NCBI GenBank assembly: GCA_017617115.1
Contig: JAFZXA010000080.1
Span: 7,470-71,469 of the forward strand
DNA length: 64,000 nucleotides
Direction: 5' to 3'
Source: Treponema sp.
Lineage (GTDB): Bacteria > Spirochaetota > Spirochaetia > Treponematales > Treponemataceae
Every line of letters begins with the position of its first letter. Positions within the stretch are counted from its first letter, which is position 1. This document shows, one piece after another, positions 40,196-49,577 of the stretch. A program made the translations under genes and the position numbers. The notes under the pieces were generated by a model that searched no databases, was not told where the DNA came from, and worked only from the letters and a program-made list of their open reading frames with translations.

Positions 40196-41427
40196 ACTGG
40201 TACAAGTGCAAATAGTCCTGTTAAATATTTAATTACAGTATACTCGAAATTTATAAAAATTCCACTAGCGTGAGCAAACACCGGGAAAATTAGACATAAT
40301 AAAATTAAGAAAAGTCCTGAATAAATAAAAACAGTAACAAGCGGCGAAATTATTGAAGTTGCAATTATGCCGATTGGAGCAAACGTCCCAAACAAACTAA
40401 GAGAAACCGGAGCTGTAAAAACCTGAGCCCCTGTAGAAGAACCAAGTGAATTAGCAAAATATCCTGGTAAAAATCTGTTGTATATTGTTCTGAAATATTT
40501 ATTTGTTAGAAGAATGCCTGCCAGCGCTGTGTATGAAAGTATAAAACCTGTGTTGTAAATATCTGCAGGTGAAATTATTGTCTGACATAAAAAGCTGAAA
40601 GCTAAAATTAATAAAAGATCTGGTTTTTCTACATTTGATAAGGTTGCAATAATCATAAAAAAGCTGCATAAAAAAGCACGTAGTAATGAAGGCGAAAAAC
40701 CAGCGAACCAGACAAAAAACAATAACGCAATAATTCTTATTATAAACGAAAGCTTTTTTCTGCCAATTCTTTTTCCAATAAACATTGCAATTCCACTAAA
40801 CATAGAAAGGTGCATTCCAGAAAGTGCAAGTATATGAGAAAGTCCTGCATTCTTAAAACTTAAGGAAACTTCTGAAGATGTATACTCTTTTGCACCACAA
40901 AGCAATGCTAACAGTAAACCACCTCCTGCGCCCCACGAAAACATAATTCTTTTAAATTGAAGGCGGCATAAGGCTCTGAAATAATCAAGCTTTCCATAAA
41001 TTGTTTTTGGAAACGAATATGAAAGACATTCACTAATATAAAATTTTGAACCGTCAGAATTAAAATGCCCTTTTAGAGAATACAAACCACCAGCTTCAAA
41101 AAAAGCACCGGCTTTTGAATAAAGTTTTCCGGGGAAAAATGCTTCTGCAATTTCACAGGGAATCATTACCTTTACATTACCAAAAGCCTGTGAACTTGCC
41201 GCCTCACCCTTACAGTTATGAACTTTTAATTTAGCAGAATAGTATTTACCGTCAGAAGTTTTAGCCGGAGAATTTATAAGCTGCCCTGTTATTTGATTTG
41301 TCTGACCATAAGGAATTAATGAAAAAAAACTGTTCCTGTCCTGAAGTTTTATGAGTCCGGAATAAAAAAGAATTATACAGATTAAAGCCGCTAAAAAAAC
41401 TGAATTATTAGAATACCTCTTTACCAT
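40180..41427 (-). CDS. comEC: ComEC/Rec2 family competence protein
   Basis: AGLSHILALSGMH, SPSLLRA, GFILSY; multiple TMs; no MBL domain. Confidence 0.88.
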   Translation of the reverse strand: MVKRYSNNSVFLAALICIILFYSGLIKLQDRNSFFSLIPYGQTNQITGQLINSPAKTSDGKYYSAKLKVHNCKGEAASSQAFGNVKVMIPCEIAEAFFPGKLYSKAGAFFEAGGLYSLKGHFNSDGSKFYISECLSYSFPKTIYGKLDYFRALCRLQFKRIMFSWGAGGGLLLALLCGAKEYTSSEVSLSFKNAGLSHILALSGMHLSMFSGIAMFIGKRIGRKKLSFIIRIIALLFFVWFAGFSPSLLRAFLCSFFMIIATLSNVEKPDLLLILAFSFLCQTIISPADIYNTGFILSYTALAGILLTNKYFRTIYNRFLPGYFANSLGSSTGAQVFTAPVSLSLFGTFAPIGIIATSIISPLVTVFIYSGLFLILLCLIFPVFAHASGIFINFEYTVIKYLTGLFALVPVWRIN

Positions 41428-42554
41428 CTTAAGCCTGCAAGGGCCTGGCGTGCAGCAGATAAAACTGGTTCCGGATAATTCAAATAAGTAACCGAAAGCA
41501 AAGAATCAAATGCCAACTTATCACCAATAGCACCTAAAGAATTGATTACAGCAAGCACTACCTTTTGAGCAACAGTATTGTTGTATTCAAGCTGCTGATT
41601 CAATTCTCCCAGGTATTTTATAAGCGGGTTAACAGCATCTAAAGGAGAAATATTTACAAGCGAATTAATAAGCGTTACAAACTGATCTTCTGTAACAAGT
41701 CCATTCTGAAAATCCTTTTGAGCAGCAGTAAAGAATGAAAGTACACTATTTGAAGCACGAGTCCATTTGTTTTTATTCAATATTTCAAGTGCTTCAAATT
41801 TAAGTGAAATAAGCGGAGAATCATTCAATACATTTTCTGCAATTTCACAAAGATTGTTTGTAGTTATATTTGCCTGTTTAACAAGATTAAAAATACGCTG
41901 TGTATTTGCAGAATCCTTACTGTGAACAATCTGTAAAACTTCATTCATTGAAACCGGAATGAGTTTTTTAATTGTCTGTTCAATTTCGGAATAATATGCA
42001 GAATACCTTTTGTCATTTAAATTATTATAAAGAATAGAAAATGAGATGTTGTTGCCTATAAAACCAAGGGAACTGATTACTGATTTCAAGAGACTTGAAT
42101 CAGATGAAAGTACAGATGAACTTTGTAAAAATTTGTTTAAGACATCGGTAAAAGGATCTGTATCCATGTTGTCTTTTAATGCAAGAACCTTTGACTGAAC
42201 AGCAATCTGAACAGTATTGCTTCTTGAGAACTTCTGGAAAAGCTCTATAAACTTGTTCATCACCTGTGTTTTTTCGGATTCTGACAAACCCGAAACATAA
42301 TCATTAGGCAAAGAAAGAACAGCTGCAACTGCAAGTCCGTCCATATCTCTGTCGGTACCGGTAATTTCATTATTTTCCAAAACAAAATCTATTGCTTTTT
42401 GCGAAAGCCAGATACCTTCCTGACCCGAAGCTTCTCTTACGGCTGTAGTTTTATCGGCAATATTACCTTTAATAAACTTCTTTTTATATTCCTGACTATT
42501 TACAGCACTGAGAAAAATCATACTTACAATAAACAATAAAACATGTTTTTTCAT
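41421..42554 (-). CDS. exported HEAT-repeat protein
   Basis: ATG 42554 gives signal MKKHVLLFIVSMIFLSAVNS; LGFIG / LGAIGD...AARQALAGL HEAT-like repeats. Confidence 0.78.
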   Translation of the reverse strand: MKKHVLLFIVSMIFLSAVNSQEYKKKFIKGNIADKTTAVREASGQEGIWLSQKAIDFVLENNEITGTDRDMDGLAVAAVLSLPNDYVSGLSESEKTQVMNKFIELFQKFSRSNTVQIAVQSKVLALKDNMDTDPFTDVLNKFLQSSSVLSSDSSLLKSVISSLGFIGNNISFSILYNNLNDKRYSAYYSEIEQTIKKLIPVSMNEVLQIVHSKDSANTQRIFNLVKQANITTNNLCEIAENVLNDSPLISLKFEALEILNKNKWTRASNSVLSFFTAAQKDFQNGLVTEDQFVTLINSLVNISPLDAVNPLIKYLGELNQQLEYNNTVAQKVVLAVINSLGAIGDKLAFDSLLSVTYLNYPEPVLSAARQALAGLRW

Positions 42555-42564
42555 ATCAATTACC

Positions 42565-43797
42565 CTATATATCTTCAATAGTTGGGAATTCACCCTCTGT
42601 AACAGAATCAGGCATTGGCGGAAGATTTACAGTTGGATTATTATCTGTGGATTGCTGTGTATCCCCCGCTTCAGATTTTTTACCTGTTGCAGAACCATCA
42701 TTATTTAAATCATTCTGCGAGCCTTCAGTTACATTTTCAAGACCTTCATCACCTGCTTCAATTTCATCAGTATCAGTGAGTTTAAGGGCTTCGTAAACTT
42801 CCTTTTCACGGTCAGGAAGCATATTATATACAAAGCTCAAAACTTCGTTCTTCATGGTCTGATCAAGATGAATACATTCAAAATGAAGAAGTGATTGATT
42901 TGATGCTTCGTTATATTCAACAGTACGCACAACTCCAAACATAATAATGAGCATATTCTGAATATTAAACTGAAGCTTAATCTGAACATTAGAAACTCCT
43001 TTTCCTCCTATGCGAATAAGAGCACCGGCTTCGGAAATATCTTCAATAAGACATTTATAGCCGTTCTGAGTTTCTACTGCATTGTAATCAATGTTTTCAG
43101 ATTTGATGATGTATAAATTTGCTTTAATTTCGCATTTAGCACGAACAGCCTTTCTTTTTTGGGTACGAATAAGATTGCTTGAATGCTTAAGCGAAATTGA
43201 AGATTCTCCAATAAATAAACCGTGGCCTGTTACAGTTGAATCAAAAACATAGCGGGCATCGCCTTTGCGCCAAAGATAAACGCTTACAAATTTTCCAACC
43301 CATTCTTCTGCAGTGAGTGGAATCATATCTTTTTGGCGTGGTACAGATATAATCATTTCTTTTCCGTTGTTAAGGATTTTTGAAGAAAAAACGCCTTTTC
43401 CAGGAAGAATAATTCTAAGCTTCTGATCTTTTTCAAGATACATTGTAGACTCAACACCTTTTTTGTCGTCAGTCTGATTTTGAAGCTTTGTTCTGTAATC
43501 AAAAAGTTTAGTTATGAGTGCCTGAGTTTTAGGATCATTTTCTGTTCCATTTGCAGCAGCCTGTGAAGTAATATGCGACATACATTTTGTTAAAGACGGC
43601 ATAGACCAGAATAAAGCCTTTGGATAATCAAGGTCACACATCTGGGCAACTGTCCACAAAAGGTTTAAATCTGAAAAAGTAAATTTCTGGTCAAGTCCTG
43701 TTATATAAAATTCTATTCGCTGCTTAAAGACAGAATACAGTCCGGCAATAGCGAGAAGAATTGAAACAGCTATTATAATTCCAATCAGGATGTACAC
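42565..43797 (-). CDS. PilZ-domain (YcgR-like flagellar brake) membrane protein
   Basis: QKRKAVR (RxxxR) and DISEAG (DxSxxG) c-di-GMP motifs; N-terminal TM. Confidence 0.85.
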   Translation of the reverse strand: MYILIGIIIAVSILLAIAGLYSVFKQRIEFYITGLDQKFTFSDLNLLWTVAQMCDLDYPKALFWSMPSLTKCMSHITSQAAANGTENDPKTQALITKLFDYRTKLQNQTDDKKGVESTMYLEKDQKLRIILPGKGVFSSKILNNGKEMIISVPRQKDMIPLTAEEWVGKFVSVYLWRKGDARYVFDSTVTGHGLFIGESSISLKHSSNLIRTQKRKAVRAKCEIKANLYIIKSENIDYNAVETQNGYKCLIEDISEAGALIRIGGKGVSNVQIKLQFNIQNMLIIMFGVVRTVEYNEASNQSLLHFECIHLDQTMKNEVLSFVYNMLPDREKEVYEALKLTDTDEIEAGDEGLENVTEGSQNDLNNDGSATGKKSEAGDTQQSTDNNPTVNLPPMPDSVTEGEFPTIEDI

Positions 43798-43845
43798 AAT
43801 TTCCCCTTTATTATAATATATTAGTATAACACATTAAACGCAAAA

Positions 43846-44481
43846 ATGAAACATAAATCAGTCATATATGAAATAATTGTTTTTTCTCTTATATTTATAT
43901 TTCTTATTGTACCGCCTTTTTTTACTGCACCGGTTTCATCTGATTTTTCATTATTTTCGTGGGATTTTCCGTTGAAGCAGGCTGGCCTTTTTGCTTTTGC
44001 GGTTGTACTTTATATTTTAAGCAGAAATCTTAATACTAAAAAAGGATTTTTTTTCCCGAGTATGCTGGCCCTTTCCTCACTTTTTTTGTGTGCTTTGATT
44101 ATTAAAATTGTTACAAAAACCCCGTTTGTTGAGCATAAAACTACCCTGCCAGTTTCTTCTGTTCAATGGATTTTTTGTGTACTTACGTTTTTATTCAGTG
44201 CTGTTTATGAAGAAATAATATACAGATTTTATTTTAGTGATGCTTTGAAAAGATTATTGGACTTTTCGCCTGCAACCGGTAAAAAATGGGTTTTCTGGTT
44301 TTGTGAAATTGCAGGATTGCTTATTTTTGCATTTGCACATTTTTATTTAGGAATTGCTGCTGTTGTAAACGCTGCCTTTGCTCATGTTGTTTTAAGGCTT
44401 TTATATAAAAAAACAAATTTTATCTGGAACTGCTTTTTTGTTCACTTCCTTTACAACATAATTTCTTTGATTTTGTTGTAA
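43846..44481 (+). CDS. CPBP/Abi family intramembrane metalloprotease
   Basis: EEIIYR, FAFAH, HFLYN motifs; multiple TMs. Confidence 0.88.
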   Translation: MKHKSVIYEIIVFSLIFIFLIVPPFFTAPVSSDFSLFSWDFPLKQAGLFAFAVVLYILSRNLNTKKGFFFPSMLALSSLFLCALIIKIVTKTPFVEHKTTLPVSSVQWIFCVLTFLFSAVYEEIIYRFYFSDALKRLLDFSPATGKKWVFWFCEIAGLLIFAFAHFYLGIAAVVNAAFAHVVLRLLYKKTNFIWNCFFVHFLYNIISLILL

Positions 44482-47400
44482 GTCCAAAGGCTGATTTTTG
44501 TTGTGTATGAAAAGTTTTTTGAAAGACGTGGTGAATCAAAAGTTGTTTTTACTGCATATTCGGCTGCAGAATCCAAAGAAGTGATTATTTGAGATATTTC
44601 TAGACTGATTGTTGATTTGTCGCCCATTTGAATTGTAAAGGAAAGTTCGGGGGAGGAATCAATTGGAGTTTCACAAATTCCTCCATGTCTGAGTTCAAAA
44701 AGTTTTGTGAAATCTGGTTGCGACCCTTCGAGAGCCTCAGGGACCGCGATGGAAGCTTGTGGTCCCTGAGGCTCTCGAAGGGCCACTGTTTGTGGTTCTC
44801 CCATTTGAAATACTTCATCTTTAAGCTGTTGTGAAATTATGTAAGGGTCACTCCAGCTTTGAACACTTGTTGTCAAATAATTTTCAAAAGATGAATCAAA
44901 CAGAAATACAGAATTAAGCTCGAGTGTTGTAAAATACCGTCGTGACTGCGAAAAATCGGTAGAGCCAAAATAAAGCCTCTGGTATTCTGTGCCATCCTTA
45001 AAAATACTTATTACAGTTCCGTTAGTTTCATCAAGTCCATAAGTGTTTATAATTTTGCTGTCTTTTTTACCAGCCTTAGTCATTGTATGCTTTGAAACAA
45101 GATTTACAAAAAACTTTGCAAGACGTTGAGTGTCTGCAGGAATACTGGAGCCGGGATTTGACATGTCTGTCAGGAGCCACATGTCATTCGTTCGCTGAAG
45201 AATAATACCTTGATTGTTTCCCTGAATTATAATTCCGTCTATGTTTGAAATGTCTGCTTCGTGAAGCAGTTGTATTTCCTGCTGGTGACGTTTTTTTTCG
45301 CCTTTTTTTGAAAAGACTGTCAGGTACAAGAGTTCGGTTATTGAAAAGAAAATTATCAGGGAAAGAAGAATGATAAAAACACCTCTGTCATTGTCGGGCT
45401 TGACCCGATAATCTGGTAATAGATTGCCGTGTCGAGCACGGCAATGACATAGTTTCGACAGACTCAACCACCACAAAGCAACATAAGCAAGAGGAATAAC
45501 TGCAAAAATAATAATGTAAACTAAAAGCCTGAGCTTCAGGAATTGCTGCAAATCTGTCACTTTATAAAGGCTTGTGTCTCTTGTTGTTTTTGACTGAAGT
45601 TCGGCAATCTCACTTTCACCTGCAAGATTAAGAATACAGTTAGAAATAAATTCAAAGTTCCTGTAGTCTCCAAAATCTCCTCCAATGTATCCTGTCATTA
45701 GAGTATTTAAGAAGTACTGGTCAGAAATTACAATTATGTTAGAATCAGAGCAGGAATTAAGATTATACAAGCCGCTTAAAGCACCTGTTATCTGTGCACC
45801 AATTATGAGCGTTGATTTTTCTTTGTCGCCTACACTTTCCGGAGTTACATAAAACGGATTTGTTTCGATAAGACGTTTTGGACTTGCCCTGTCTGTTTTA
45901 TAAGTATAAGCAGAAGAACTTGTAACAAGATAAGGCATTGCATTCCCTGAAAGCTCAAGACTAACCGGCCAGAAAAGTGTCATTCCAAGCTTGCAGTACT
46001 GCTGTGGTAAAAGACTAATCCAAAGCGGATAATTTAAAATTTCTGTATAATCGTCATCAGCAGTCATTGTAATTCTGGCACACGAAATATCTGCTGCTAT
46101 TTTGTCTGTAAAGGTAACGCCCCAGTTTTCAAGCATTTCTACAACGTTTGTCCTGTAATTTGCTGTAAGACTCCAGTCTTCTTCAATTGAGCAGCTGTAT
46201 GGACTAACTGCAAAGATAGTATTACCCTTTTGTTCCAGGATATAATTTTCAATTGCAATTGCGTTGTCTATATTTATTTCACTGTCCCCTATTACAAGCA
46301 AAGGCCCCGAAGCAAGTGAAAGGTTTGTTGCAAAGGCCGGGTCATCAATATAAAGCGGATTCGCAAGGATCCCCTGTGAGTTGAGCCATGGAATAATATA
46401 GTTGTAATCTTCATCAAGGCTCATACCATTACCAACAACAATATTTACAACAAAATTTTTTGCCTGAAGAAGATTTTTAATTCGCATAGCCATATCATAT
46501 TCAAGAGTTTGCGAAGACATTAAGAATGGAATTACCTGAGTCATTCCGCGGTATTCAAGGACAATTGCAGAATAAACACTTGAATATGAAGTTGTAGTTG
46601 CTCCAACATTTTGAATCTGCTGGCTTGTAACTCCGTAATTGTCCAGCATTGTTCTAAGCTGTTCATCTTTGTCGGGATCTTTAATTGTGTAATTTATTTT
46701 TTTGTCTAAAAGTGTATATGATGTTAAAAAATCACTAACATCTCGAATCTGCGGATACAGTTTTGCTAGTGTTCCTGAACGGTAATACGTAATTTTAAGG
46801 TTATCTTCAAGATTTTCTGCAAGTTTTTTTGTATAACTGCTCACAGAGTATGATTTTGTTTTTGAAAAATCAAAACGTCGGTAATAGCTCTGGCTGTTGA
46901 GTAAAACAAGAAGAAGAAGTCCAAATATTTCGGAATAAAACAAGTTTTGTTTGCGTGTAAAAACCTTGCCTTTTTTATGCATAATAAGGCGCCAGGTTGA
47001 ATACAAAAATAATACTGTGCAAAGCAAAAGCCACAGAATATCCCTTGTGTCTATTATTCCTTTTGAAGCAGCGTCAAAATGCCAGGCAAAACTGAACTGC
47101 TTGCAGATATGTGTGAAAAATGAATTTGTGTTTACATAAAGCGGAACAACATGAATTGAATTAAAAACAGCAAGCAAAAGTGCGCTAACCACAAAACTTA
47201 TTATGCTGTTTGAAAATATTTCATTTATTAAAAGGCATAATGAAATAAGGCTTGCTCCGTAAAAAATAAGGCATAAAAGTCCTGTAAAAATCTGACCTGT
47301 ATCTACAGTTCCAAAAAGATTTACAAGCAGGCAGACAGGCAGCATCATAAAAATAAGAACTGCAAACTGAGCAAAGATTTTCAGAAAGTTTTTTAAAAGC

Positions 47401-47609
47401 TTTTTACCCCGCGAAACCGGAATAAAATCATCGTAAATGCTTATTGTTTTTTTATAGCAAAGCGCCGGTACCACAAGAATACAGATATACGGAACGTTTG
47501 AAAAATAATTTAAAAGATCTGTGGTTGCGCTTCCGGCAAAAAACTGACCTTTTATAAAAAACATTGCACTTGTAAAAACACTGAACAAAATTAAAGAGAA
47601 TAAAGTCAT
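44451..47609 (-). CDS. ABC permease (GldF-like) + GldG-like domain + DUF4340-like domain fusion
   Basis: N-terminal TMs with HFDAASKGIIDTRD, RFDFSKTK.YS.S, DPD, LEYD; after two TMs a DUF4340-like region (W....PAD, YGLD, LYFG); contains repeat clusters at 44724-44782 and 45386-45472. Confidence 0.82.
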   Translation of the reverse strand: MTLFSLILFSVFTSAMFFIKGQFFAGSATTDLLNYFSNVPYICILVVPALCYKKTISIYDDFIPVSRGKKLLKNFLKIFAQFAVLIFMMLPVCLLVNLFGTVDTGQIFTGLLCLIFYGASLISLCLLINEIFSNSIISFVVSALLLAVFNSIHVVPLYVNTNSFFTHICKQFSFAWHFDAASKGIIDTRDILWLLLCTVLFLYSTWRLIMHKKGKVFTRKQNLFYSEIFGLLLLVLLNSQSYYRRFDFSKTKSYSVSSYTKKLAENLEDNLKITYYRSGTLAKLYPQIRDVSDFLTSYTLLDKKINYTIKDPDKDEQLRTMLDNYGVTSQQIQNVGATTTSYSSVYSAIVLEYRGMTQVIPFLMSSQTLEYDMAMRIKNLLQAKNFVVNIVVGNGMSLDEDYNYIIPWLNSQGILANPLYIDDPAFATNLSLASGPLLVIGDSEINIDNAIAIENYILEQKGNTIFAVSPYSCSIEEDWSLTANYRTNVVEMLENWGVTFTDKIAADISCARITMTADDDYTEILNYPLWISLLPQQYCKLGMTLFWPVSLELSGNAMPYLVTSSSAYTYKTDRASPKRLIETNPFYVTPESVGDKEKSTLIIGAQITGALSGLYNLNSCSDSNIIVISDQYFLNTLMTGYIGGDFGDYRNFEFISNCILNLAGESEIAELQSKTTRDTSLYKVTDLQQFLKLRLLVYIIIFAVIPLAYVALWWLSLSKLCHCRARHGNLLPDYRVKPDNDRGVFIILLSLIIFFSITELLYLTVFSKKGEKKRHQQEIQLLHEADISNIDGIIIQGNNQGIILQRTNDMWLLTDMSNPGSSIPADTQRLAKFFVNLVSKHTMTKAGKKDSKIINTYGLDETNGTVISIFKDGTEYQRLYFGSTDFSQSRRYFTTLELNSVFLFDSSFENYLTTSVQSWSDPYIISQQLKDEVFQMGEPQTVALREPQGPQASIAVPEALEGSQPDFTKLFELRHGGICETPIDSSPELSFTIQMGDKSTISLEISQIITSLDSAAEYAVKTTFDSPRLSKNFSYTTKISLWTYNKIKEIML
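44724..44782. repeat. inverted doublet of family-B elements (REPIN-like) inside CDS
   Basis: CCCTTCGAGAGCCTCAGGGACC (44724-44745) and exact reverse complement (44761-44782), 15-nt spacer. Confidence 0.92.
45386..45472. repeat. cluster of two inverted family-A elements and one family-B variant inside CDS
   Basis: TGTCATTGTCGGGCTTGACCCGATAATCT (45386-45414), AGATTGCCGTGTCGAGCACGGCAATGACA (45421-45449), GTTTCGACAGACTCAACCACC (45452-45472). Confidence 0.88.
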
Positions 47610-48349
47610 TTGTTATCCTCCGAAGTATTCTGATTTTTTGTCAGTGCTACAAATTCTTTTTCAATATCTTTAAGATTTTTTACCGGGTAGATTTTTCCCT
47701 GGTGCATAATAAACGCTTTTAAGCAAAGATTATTTACTTCACTTAGAATATGTGTGGAAATAAGGATTGCTTTTGTTTTACTGAGTTTTTTTATAAGTTC
47801 ACGAAAGGCTATAATCTGCGAAGGATCCAGTCCGTTTATTGGTTCATCAAGTACAAGGTTCGGCGGGTCATGAATTAAAGCCTGAGCAAAGCTTACTCTT
47901 TGCTGCTGTCCTTTAGATAGAATTTTTATCTTATTGTTCAAAAAATCAGACAATTGAAAGGTTTTAATTTGATTTTCAATTGATTTTTCTGCGTCTTCCT
48001 TGCTTAGTCCATGACATCTGGCTGCATAATAAAGAAAATCAATAACTTTCATATCCGGCGGAAGCTGGGTAATTTCCGGAACATAGCCGCAAAGCTCCAT
48101 GGCTTTTTCATTTTGTTCTGTGATATCTACAGGCAATGCTTTTTCATCTTCGCCCCACATTCTTATATGCCCGCTTGTGGGATAATGAAAGCCGCAGATT
48201 GCCTTTATAACAGTAGATTTTCCTGAACCGTTTGGTCCAACAAGTCCTGTAATACTGCCCTTTTCTACTGTAAAAGAAACATTTTCAACTTTGAAAGCTT
48301 GTTTTGAGCGGCTTTTATATTCTTTACAAAAATCAGAAACTTCTATCAA
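47606..48349 (-). CDS. ABC transporter ATP-binding protein (GldA-like)
   Basis: GPNGSGKST, LSKGQ, LVLDEP, STH. Confidence 0.94.
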   Translation of the reverse strand: MIEVSDFCKEYKSRSKQAFKVENVSFTVEKGSITGLVGPNGSGKSTVIKAICGFHYPTSGHIRMWGEDEKALPVDITEQNEKAMELCGYVPEITQLPPDMKVIDFLYYAARCHGLSKEDAEKSIENQIKTFQLSDFLNNKIKILSKGQQQRVSFAQALIHDPPNLVLDEPINGLDPSQIIAFRELIKKLSKTKAILISTHILSEVNNLCLKAFIMHQGKIYPVKNLKDIEKEFVALTKNQNTSEDNK

Positions 48350-48366
48350 AGTTATTTCCCGGCTAC

Positions 48367-49293
48367 TTAATCGATATATGGAATTTCAATATTCATTCTG
48401 TCGCGGCTAAGTTCAGTTTGCGGCCAGACTTCCTGAGCCTCATTCAAAAGCTTTTCAAGGTCTCGGTCTGTATATCGCGGGCTGTAATGAATAATACACA
48501 TTCTGCGCACAGCAGCATCACGTGCAATTGTTGCGGCCTGTTTTGCAGTCATATGTTTTTTTTCTTTTGCCTGGTCAATGAGTTCATCTTCAAACATCCC
48601 TTCACAAACAAGAAGGTCAGAGCCACGAACTTCTTCTGCAATTGTATTTTTATAAAGGGTATCTGTAACAAAACTGAATTTTCTTCCGCTTCGTTTTTCC
48701 CCAAGCACCTGTTCGGGTTTTACTGTTGTTCCATCTGCTGCCTGAACTTCAAATCCGTTTTGAAGCTGTGCCCAAAGAGGTCCAACTGGTACTCCAAGTT
48801 CACGTGCCTTATCGGGATTAAACTCACCAGGACGGTCAAGTTCTTCAAGAGTATATCCCACGCAAACTTTTGTATGATCAAGAGGAAATGCACGAATGTA
48901 AAAATCCTTACCGCTGTGAACCACGCATGGAGCTTCAATTTCTTTTACTACAATGGGATAATTTATATACATATCCAAAACTTTGCGGCTTGTTTCTACA
49001 TATTCTTTAATTTTTGGAGGTCCGTATATATAAAGAGGTTCTGTTCTGTCTACCTGAGCGTTGAGCATAAGAATGCCCGGAAGTCCTGTTACATGGTCGG
49101 CATGAGTGTGCGAAATAAAAATTGCATCGATTTTTTTCCACTTGAGGTTTAACCTGCGCAGACTTACCTGGGTTCCTTCTCCGCAGTCAAAAAGAAAAAG
49201 GTCTCCTTCGCGTCGAAGCAGCACAGATGTAAGATGTCTGTAAGGAAGCGGCATCATTCCACCGCACCCTAAGATGAATGCTTCCATGTTCAT
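48367..49293 (-). CDS. rnz: ribonuclease Z
   Basis: LFDCGEGTQ, SHTHADH, exosite GVPVGP, TDT, H.SPRY. Confidence 0.94.
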   Translation of the reverse strand: MNMEAFILGCGGMMPLPYRHLTSVLLRREGDLFLFDCGEGTQVSLRRLNLKWKKIDAIFISHTHADHVTGLPGILMLNAQVDRTEPLYIYGPPKIKEYVETSRKVLDMYINYPIVVKEIEAPCVVHSGKDFYIRAFPLDHTKVCVGYTLEELDRPGEFNPDKARELGVPVGPLWAQLQNGFEVQAADGTTVKPEQVLGEKRSGRKFSFVTDTLYKNTIAEEVRGSDLLVCEGMFEDELIDQAKEKKHMTAKQAATIARDAAVRRMCIIHYSPRYTDRDLEKLLNEAQEVWPQTELSRDRMNIEIPYID

Positions 49294-49518
49294 TTATAAA
49301 ACCTCAATAAATTCCTTAAAATAATGATTTTCAACACGCGCTTTATTCATTAATTCACCATAAGATTCGTAGCGCTTACCTTCATACAAGGGGCCAAAGA
49401 TTATATATTCCTTTCCGTTATCATCTTTATCGTAATTGAGACTGTAAGTTGTACCTTTATACTTAAACTCAAGCTCCTTTTTTGCCTGTGTATAAAAGTA
49501 AATATCATCTTTGTTCAT
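49294..49518 (-). CDS. small hypothetical protein
   Basis: 74 aa; stop abuts rnz ATG (TAAATG); ELEFKYKGTTYSL. Confidence 0.75.
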   Translation of the reverse strand: MNKDDIYFYTQAKKELEFKYKGTTYSLNYDKDDNGKEYIIFGPLYEGKRYESYGELMNKARVENHYFKEFIEVL

Positions 49519-49577
49519 TCTTCTATAATACTTTTTCTGTATGGTAAAATCAACTTGAATATGGTAAAATTATTGTT

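Noticed and set aside
48304-49152. 282-aa ORF on + strand
   Set aside because: Antisense shadow of rnz; no SD, no recognisable motifs, atypical C/F-rich composition.
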